Shown here: one piece after another, positions 58,726 through 64,000 of the stretch
How positions within the stretch are numbered: the first letter of the stretch is position 1
Layout of the letters: every line of letters begins with the position of its first letter
DNA from: an uncultured Acidimicrobiales bacterium
GTDB lineage: Bacteria > Actinomycetota > Acidimicrobiia > Acidimicrobiales > VFJN01
Reading direction: 5' to 3'
Assembly: GCA_963739835.1 (NCBI GenBank)
Contig: CAVUBW010000024.1
Coordinates: 386,840 to 450,839 of the forward strand
Length of the DNA stretch: 64,000 bases
Translations under genes and position numbers: made by a program
The notes under the pieces: generated by a model
The model's database searches: none
Seen by the model: only the letters and a program-made list of their open reading frames with translations
Told to the model about the DNA's origin: nothing

Positions 58726-59547
58726 CTACTGTCCGGCCAGCTCAGCTACGACTGGAGCGAGCGCGTCGGCGCAGTCGGCGCCGAAGACGAAGTAGGAGAA
58801 GCCGATCTCCTCCCGTCGCCGCTGGATCTCCTCGGCGGCCGCCGCGGGGTCATCCGGAAGTACCGCCAGCGAGTCCACGGCGCGAAGCGCAGCAGGGTCG
58901 GTGCCGGGAGGCGCCATGAACGGCGCGACAGTGTCGCCGATCACCGCCACGTGCTGCGCGAGTTCGACGTCTCGGATGGCGCGGAAGTCGCGTACCACCC
59001 GTGTGATTTCGACCCGATCGTCTCCCGGCATCAGTGCGACGGTGACCGTATCTGCGAGGTCGGCCGCCAGTGCCTGGGCCTTGGGCCCGCGCACGGCCAT
59101 CACCACCGGCGTGTGCAAGTCGGGGCCGTCGAGATCTCGCAGTGCCGTCACGGTCTCACGCACCTGGGCCAGCCGCTCGCTCGGCGGCACGACGGGCAGG
59201 TCCAGTTCGTCTTCGATGCCAGGCCTGCCGGTGCCGATTCCCATCTCGAAGCGACCGTCAGTGAGCACCGACAGCGAGTGGGCTTCCCACGCGGTGCTCC
59301 AGGGCTGGCGCAGCGCGGAGGCATACACCCAAGTGCCCACCCGGAGGTCGGCGAGGGCGGCCGCGACGGCCAGCGTGGGGCCAGGCGCCGGCTGCCATTG
59401 CGGGACGTCGGGCATGAGCAGCGTCGAATAGCCGCTGTCGGCGATACGGCGCACCCGGTCTCGCCACGTCGGCAGGTCAGTTGTGAGTGGGGCAACGACC
59501 CCGAATCGGAATGGTCTCGTTTCGCTAGTTGCCGTCGAATCGTCCAT
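58726..59547 (-). CDS. luciferase-like (LLM class, probably F420-dependent) oxidoreductase
   Basis: ATG 59547: MDDSTATSETRPFRFGVVAPLTTDLPTWRDRVRRIADSGYSTLLMPD...FEMGIGTGRPGIEDE...IGFSYFVFGAD. Only the last 273 codons of the 701-aa track ORF look coding. Confidence 0.75.
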   Translation of the reverse strand: MDDSTATSETRPFRFGVVAPLTTDLPTWRDRVRRIADSGYSTLLMPDVPQWQPAPGPTLAVAAALADLRVGTWVYASALRQPWSTAWEAHSLSVLTDGRFEMGIGTGRPGIEDELDLPVVPPSERLAQVRETVTALRDLDGPDLHTPVVMAVRGPKAQALAADLADTVTVALMPGDDRVEITRVVRDFRAIRDVELAQHVAVIGDTVAPFMAPPGTDPAALRAVDSLAVLPDDPAAAAEEIQRRREEIGFSYFVFGADCADALAPVVAELAGQ

Positions 59548-59789
59548 CGTTCCAGTCCTTCGTTTCGGGGCGCCTTCTGCCCGGTTGTCGTCGGGGCGGG
59601 GAACGAAACGTCCAACGACATGCCTGTACGTCACCACCTTGGCCATGCCCCTACGACTCGGCTGGCGCCGTCGACTCATCGGTCGACGACGGACATCCCG
59701 CGACGCGTGATCGGCGCGACCGACTCCCGCCTGCAGCTGCAACGCCCACTGCTGCGCGAATGAAACACCCGCGCGGCGCGCGCCGTCCT

Positions 59790-60223
59790 CTACCCGAGCG
59801 TGAGCATCGCCTCGGCGACCTCGCCGGCGCGACTGCGCGGGTGGCGGCCAGGGTGAGCGCCGAGAACGCGCTCGGATGGTCGAGCGCGGCGACCTGGGCG
59901 ACCATCCCGCCGACGCCGATCCCGGCGAGGTGCGCGGGCCCGCCGCCGAGGGCGTCGGCAAGGGCCGCGGCGTCGGCGGCGAGGTCGCGCAGGGTGTAAG
60001 CGGGCGCCTCCGGGTCCGCCGTCGTCGACTCGCCGCTGTCGCGCAGGTCGTAGCGCACCACGCGCCGCCCGCAGGCGGCGAGTCGCTCGCAGAGCCCGTC
60101 GGGCCAGGAGAACATCGTCGTCCCGCCCGCCAGCAGGACGAGTGGTGCGTCGTCGTCACCGAAGGACTCGATGCCCAGGGCGACCCCGTTGGCGGTGAGC
60201 CGGGCATGTTGGGCGATTTGCAT
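59790..60223 (-). pseudogene. alpha/beta hydrolase remnant: N-terminal ~130 codons joined out of frame to the last ~12 codons; nucleophile Ser replaced
   Basis: RBS gaggag then ATG 60223: MQIAQHARLTANGVALGIESFGDDDAPLVLLAGGTTMFSW...RVVRYDLRDSGES...AHLAGIGVGGMVAQVAALDHP (GxSxG reads GIGVG). Another frame then reads ...GEVAEAMLTLG before TAG. Confidence 0.6.
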
Positions 60224-60305
60224 GGGGTGTCTCCTCTCGTCGGGTGGGGGCGCTCGCCGGCCGAAGTGCTGCCGGTCGTCCTTCGCACTTGTCGGTCGCC
60301 ACGAT

Positions 60306-60650
60306 TCATCCCATCGAGGCCGGGTGGACGTCCTGCGTGTGGACGAGGACGTCGAACCACTCGGCGAGGCTGCCGCCGTCGATGTACCCGGCTGGCCCGC
60401 CTTGGGGCAGGCCGCGGGTGGTGAGTGGTTCGGTGAGCCAGCGTCTGACGGGTATCGGGGCGCGTCCTCGGAGTTCGAGCGTGAACACGGCGTGGTCGAC
60501 CTCGCCGAGGGGGGCTTCGAACCACTCGGGTGACGGCCGGGCGAGTTCGGCGGTCTGGCCGGGATCGAGGGCGACGGTGCCGTGGTCGAGGGTGAACCCG
60601 ATCGACCGGTAGCCCTCGCCATACCAGCGCCCAAGGCGCGGACGAGGTCG
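60306..60650 (-). pseudogene. erythromycin-esterase-family protein, C-terminal ~115 codons only
   Basis: ...GEGYRSIGFTLDHGTVALDPGQTAELARPSPEWFEAPLGEVDHAVFTLELRG...RRWLTEPLTTRGLPQGG...SLAEWFDVLVHTQDVHPAS. Family assignment is from remembered C-terminal pattern only. Confidence 0.45.
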
Positions 60651-60855
60651 TCGCCTCCATCAGCCATCTACGCGAGGTCCTGCTCGGCCACATTCGCTGA
60701 CCAGATCCGGCGATCGGGGACACCCTGTGGACGGGTGTTGCCGGACGGTTCTTCGCCCATCGCCCGAGGCAAGCGCAGCGTGTCGCGCCTTCTTGAGGGG
60801 TCGCCGTCATGGCGCGGCAAGACGCGAGCACTAGAGTGCACCGCGGGTACTAGCT

Positions 60856-61881
60856 ATGCATCAACGAGTGAACCGGCAGGTCAGACTGAAGTCCAGGCCG
60901 TCTGGCATTCCCCAGGCGGAGCACTTCGAGATCGTCGAGGCGCCTGTGCCGGACCCGTCGAATGGTCAGGTTCTGGTGCGCAATATCTACCTGTCGGTGG
61001 ATCCCGCGATGCGCGGTTGGGTCAGCGCGGTCGCCAACTATTCCGAGCCTGTAGCGCTTGGTGCGGTCATGCGCTCGCTAGCCGTCGGGCGCGTCGAAGA
61101 GTCGCGAAGTTCTGATTTCCACCCGGGCGAGTACGTGACTGGCATGTTCGGCTGGCAGGACTACGCTGTGGTGGACGCCGAGGCGATCGAGCGCAAGGTC
61201 GGCGGCTCAGGCTTGCCCATCTCGACATCGCTTGGCGTCCTCGGCCTCAATGGTCTGACCGCCTATTTCGCCCTTCTGGAGATTGGCCAGCCCAAGGCGG
61301 GCGAGACCGCGGTCGTGTCCACGGCAGCGGGAGCGGTCGGGTCATGCGTCGGTCAAATCGCCAAGATCAAGGGGTGCCGTACCGTCGGCATTGCTGGCGG
61401 GCCTGACAAGGTGCGTGTGTGTCGCGAGGAGTTCCGCTACGACTCCGCCGTCGATTACAGGGCTGACGATTTTGAGTCAGCACTCGATGCTGCCTGCCCT
61501 GAGGGCGTCGATGTCTACTTCGACAACACGGCCGGCCCTATCAGCGATTCCGTCATGCGACGTCTCAATGTCGGAGCACGGGTGGTCATCTGCGGCACGG
61601 CGTCCATCGCGAGCTGGGATCCGCCACCCCAGGGACCACGGGTCGAGCGTCATCTTCTCGTCAAACGCGCGCGAATGCAGGGTTTTCTCATCTTTGACCA
61701 TGTTCAGCGCAGTCCCGAGGCACTGCGGGAACTCGAGAGCTGGGTGCGCAACGGACAGATCCGCTATCGAGAGGACATCCTCGACGGAATCGAGCAGGCA
61801 CCGGGTTCGATCGCAGGGCTGTACCGCGGCGAGAATCTCGGCAAGCGTCTGATTCGGATCGCTCCGGATGTCCTGGGGTGA
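60856..61881 (+). CDS. NADP-dependent medium-chain oxidoreductase (alkenal/one reductase, YncB/PTGR-like)
   Basis: Clean 341-aa ORF: ...QVLVRNIYLSVDPAMRGWV...LGVLGLNGLTAYFALLEIGQPKAGETAVVSTAAGAVGSCVGQIAKIKGCRTVGIAGG...YRGENLGKRLIRI. Confidence 0.85.
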   Translation: MHQRVNRQVRLKSRPSGIPQAEHFEIVEAPVPDPSNGQVLVRNIYLSVDPAMRGWVSAVANYSEPVALGAVMRSLAVGRVEESRSSDFHPGEYVTGMFGWQDYAVVDAEAIERKVGGSGLPISTSLGVLGLNGLTAYFALLEIGQPKAGETAVVSTAAGAVGSCVGQIAKIKGCRTVGIAGGPDKVRVCREEFRYDSAVDYRADDFESALDAACPEGVDVYFDNTAGPISDSVMRRLNVGARVVICGTASIASWDPPPQGPRVERHLLVKRARMQGFLIFDHVQRSPEALRELESWVRNGQIRYREDILDGIEQAPGSIAGLYRGENLGKRLIRIAPDVLG

Positions 61882-62030
61882 CGCTCGTGGTGTCCCCAAG
61901 GTTTCGTTGGAGGGCGGTGCCCGCCGCGCTGACGTCGGGCGCGCCGGACACGCAGCGCGGGGGATACGGCCATCACTCCGTGACGCCCGTTCATCCCGGC
62001 CCCGGCCCCGCCCCGTTCGTTTCCCGCACC

Positions 62031-62165
62031 GCCAGATGGTTACGCCCCGAGCTCGTCGCCGAGGTCACCTTCGGCGAATGGACCGACGAAGGCATCCTCC
62101 GCTACCCGAGCTACATCGCCACGCGTGACGAGAAAGACCCCCGGGACGTTGTCCGCGAGACCTGA
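62031..62165 (+). pseudogene. ATP-dependent DNA ligase (LigD-type) extreme C-terminus only
   Basis: ARWLRPELVAEVTFGEWTDEGILRYPSYIATRDEKDPRDVVRET, the conserved end of the ligase OB domain. Nothing ligase-like lies upstream. Confidence 0.65.
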
Positions 62166-62406
62166 CAGGCCGACGAGCCGGGGTTCAGGCCCTTGGCCTT
62201 GATGACCGGCCGGTGTCGTCGCCCACTCGCGATGCAGCCGCGTCCGGATCCTCAGGGCGGACACCCCTGGCGGCCGCTTCGATCACCGGGCTGAGCGGCT
62301 GACGGAGCTGGGCGACCTCTTGTTCAAGCTCAGCAACCCGTCGAGCCACCGTCGCCGCTCGGGCTATGGCCACTGCAAGGTCCGGGTTCGGCTAACAAGT
62401 GCGTGC

Positions 62407-62919
62407 ATGGACTACCGCGGATTGGTCAAGAGCCTCGACCTACCGCCCGGGTTCACGCCGCCGCGGGAGCTGGCCTACGAGGACGTCCGGGCCTCGGCGC
62501 TGACCAGGAACGACCTCGCCGACGACGTGCGGGGCATCAACGCGAGCCTCGATCTGATCCGACGCACCCGGGGCGGATGGCCGACCGCTGCGGTCACCAC
62601 CGCGGACAACTACGTCGATCTGGTGTGGCACGAGCTCGAGTTCCGGGAGGGCTACTCGTTCGCCTATGTCGTCCGCCGCGACGACGGCCGGTATCTCGGC
62701 TGCTGCTACATGTACCCCATGGGTCGGCGGGTCGCTCTGACCGAGGACCTGATGCGGCACGACGTCGACGTGAGCTGGTGGGTCACCACCGAGGCCTACG
62801 AGCTCGGCTACTACGCCAAGCTCTACGACGCGCTCGCCAGCTGGGTCGAGTCCGAGTTCCCCTTCGGCAATCCTTACTTCTCGAACACCGACATCCCCGG
62901 GTCCAGCAGCGCCGTGTAG
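62407..62919 (+). CDS. GNAT-family-like acetyltransferase (uncertain family)
   Basis: MDYRGLVKSLDLPPGFTPPRELAYEDVRASALTRNDLADDVRGINASLDLIRRTRGGWPTAAVTTADNYVDLVWHELEFREGYSFAYVVRR..GRYLGCCYMYP. Clean ORF; the ATG at 62407 is preferred over the longer track ORF. Confidence 0.5.
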   Translation: MDYRGLVKSLDLPPGFTPPRELAYEDVRASALTRNDLADDVRGINASLDLIRRTRGGWPTAAVTTADNYVDLVWHELEFREGYSFAYVVRRDDGRYLGCCYMYPMGRRVALTEDLMRHDVDVSWWVTTEAYELGYYAKLYDALASWVESEFPFGNPYFSNTDIPGSSSAV

Positions 62920-62975
62920 CCGCCCGCAGCCTCGCGTCACCGTCTGGGCCGCTGTCCGGGTTGCCGACCCGCGGC

Positions 62976-63245
62976 TCAGTCCTGCTGGAGCACGGCGAGG
63001 ATGTTGCCGGCGGGATCGGTGAACCAGGCGATCGGCGGGCCGTCGGGGTCGCGCGTCGATCCCCCGGTCGTCCTGGGCGAGGCCGTCGTAGCGCTCGAAC
63101 CGGACCCCCCCGCTGCGAGGTTGTGGACCGTGGCGTCGATGTCGGCCACGGGGAAGTTGAGGATCGTGAACGACGCCGGCTCGTGGGTCGGCTTCGGGTA
63201 GACGAGCACGTCCCGCCCGGCGGGCAGATGCAATGTCAGAAGCCC
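62976..63245 (-). pseudogene. VOC (glyoxalase/bleomycin-resistance fold) protein lacking its N-terminus, two frame breaks
   Basis: ...LLTLHLPAGRDVLVYPKPTHEPASFTILNFPVADIDATVHNLAAGG / VRFERYDGLAQDDRGID / RDPDGPPIAWFTDPAGNILAVLQQD. One break is a G7 homopolymer (63107-63113), the other a +1 base. Confidence 0.55.
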
Positions 63246-63259
63246 GTTCGCTCCGCCGG

Positions 63260-63352
63260 CTGAAGTCCTGCACGACCTGTGCCTGGACGATCTACGACGC
63301 CTCCAAGAACCAGAGCGGCCGCTGGTGCTCCATGACCGCCTGCGGCGGCCGC
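63260..63352 (+). pseudogene. CGNR zinc-finger remnant
   Basis: LKSCTTCAWTIYDASKNQSGRWCSMTACGGR matches the CGNR zinc-finger pattern (C..C...F.D.S.N..R.WC....CGNR). No upstream domain is present. Confidence 0.5.
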
Positions 63353-63454
63353 CACACGCCCGCACCTACCGGCAACGGAAGCGAGCGTGACGCATCGGGG
63401 TGTGGGCCAGGGGGTAGCCCCGTGTGCGGACGGACCCCGCGTCGAGGAGGGACC

Positions 63455-63679
63455 ATGCCGAACAAGCGGCCGAGCGTGAAGAACGAGAAGCAGTATGAGG
63501 CGCTCAAGGACAAGGGCATGTCCAAGGAGCGGGCGGCGAGGATCGCCAACTCTCCCGGTGCTTCGCGGCGAGGCGGCAAGAAGAGCGGGTCGGGAAGCTC
63601 GCCCCGGCAGGGCGGGACCACGGCCCAGAAGCGGGAAGCGGGCCGGAAGGGCGGACGGGCGACAGCTCGCAAGTCGTAG
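63455..63679 (+). CDS. small basic conserved protein (74 aa)
   Basis: RBS gaggaggg then ATG: MPNKRPSVKNEKQYEALKDKGMSKERAARIANSPGASRRGGKKSGSGSSPRQGGTTAQKREAGRKGGRATARKS. I recognise this small actinobacterial family, but the DUF name is not certain. Confidence 0.65.
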   Translation: MPNKRPSVKNEKQYEALKDKGMSKERAARIANSPGASRRGGKKSGSGSSPRQGGTTAQKREAGRKGGRATARKS

Positions 63680-63729
63680 CGAGCCGGACGGTTCGCGGGC
63701 TAGTGCCCCCACCACGCCACGATGAGCAG

Positions 63730-64000
63730 ATGCGCCGCTTCGTGAGGGACCACAGCCTGGCGATCGTCACGCTGGGGGCGTTCCTGCTGATCTGGCTCGG
63801 CGGTCAGACGTGGGCGGGGCACCGCGCCTTCAACGAGGAGCAGCGCGCCCACGGGCAGCCGGCGGTGAGCTTGCCCGTCTACCTGACCCAGGCCCACTTC
63901 GGGGAGGCGACGTTCGAGAACTGGGAGTCCGAGTTCCTCCAGATGGGCGTGTACGTGCTCCTCACCACGTGGCTCGTCCAGAAGGGCTCCGCCGAGTCCA
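63730..64000 (+). CDS. membrane protein (DUF6766-like), N-terminal 90 codons; runs off window end
   Basis: Own translation: MRRFVRDHSLAIVTLGAFLLIWLGGQTWAGHRAFNEEQRAHGQPAVSLPVYLTQAHFGEATFENWESEFLQMGVYVLLTTWLVQKGSAES. Absent from the track because it has no stop. Confidence 0.6.
   Translation, partial: MRRFVRDHSLAIVTLGAFLLIWLGGQTWAGHRAFNEEQRAHGQPAVSLPVYLTQAHFGEATFENWESEFLQMGVYVLLTTWLVQKGSAES

Noticed and set aside
58726-60831. 701-aa minus-strand ORF as one large protein
   Set aside because: Only the last 273 codons (LLM oxidoreductase) have coding character. The remainder is read-through across the alpha/beta hydrolase and esterase remnants in wrong frames.
62185-62373. 62-aa minus-strand ORF with RRVAELEQEVAQLRQ (possible transposase leucine-zipper fragment)
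   Set aside because: It is too short and generic, and no flanking inverted repeats or transposase catalytic region are present.

Overview
High-GC, Actinomycetota-type chromosomal window. The first ~48 kb is core genome with mycobacteria-like synteny: malQ, an EamA transporter, pdtaR-polA-(methyltransferase)-rpsA-coaE, a ribE::ribB fusion behind an FMN riboswitch, uvrB, uvrA (LexA box), a cupin, beta-phosphoglucomutase plus a GH65 phosphorylase, nadA, uvrC-rapZ-yvcK-gap-pgk-tpiA, a five-gene Opp/Dpp-type peptide ABC operon, secG, and a form-II CODH / xanthine-dehydrogenase-family cluster (orphan coxL-like gene, coxS-L-M, moxR, vWA, xdhC, mocA, coxG). From tRNA-Leu(GAG) at 48.6 kb onward the window is accessory and visibly less GC-rich. 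It holds a ~5.2 kb decayed element integrated in the tRNA 3' end, with serine-recombinase-type att sites. Its cargo is two GAF-ANTAR genes, a His-less DHp protein and a pseudo-receiver LuxR regulator. After it come a NarL-type two-component pair, a truncated MMPL gene, MarR, and a stretch of gene remnants mixed with a few intact genes. The strongest non-checklist signal is technical: many core genes are broken by single extra bases that sit exactly on codon boundaries and look like two alleles written in tandem. This fits a collapsed two-haplotype consensus, not pseudogenes. Other items worth a second look are an ACAUCCCC bulged stem-loop (NAD+ class I / nadA-motif-like) in the nadA leader, a two-copy hairpin element, and a perfect 65-bp tandem duplication. 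All calls are by-eye translation and motif recognition; no searches were run.
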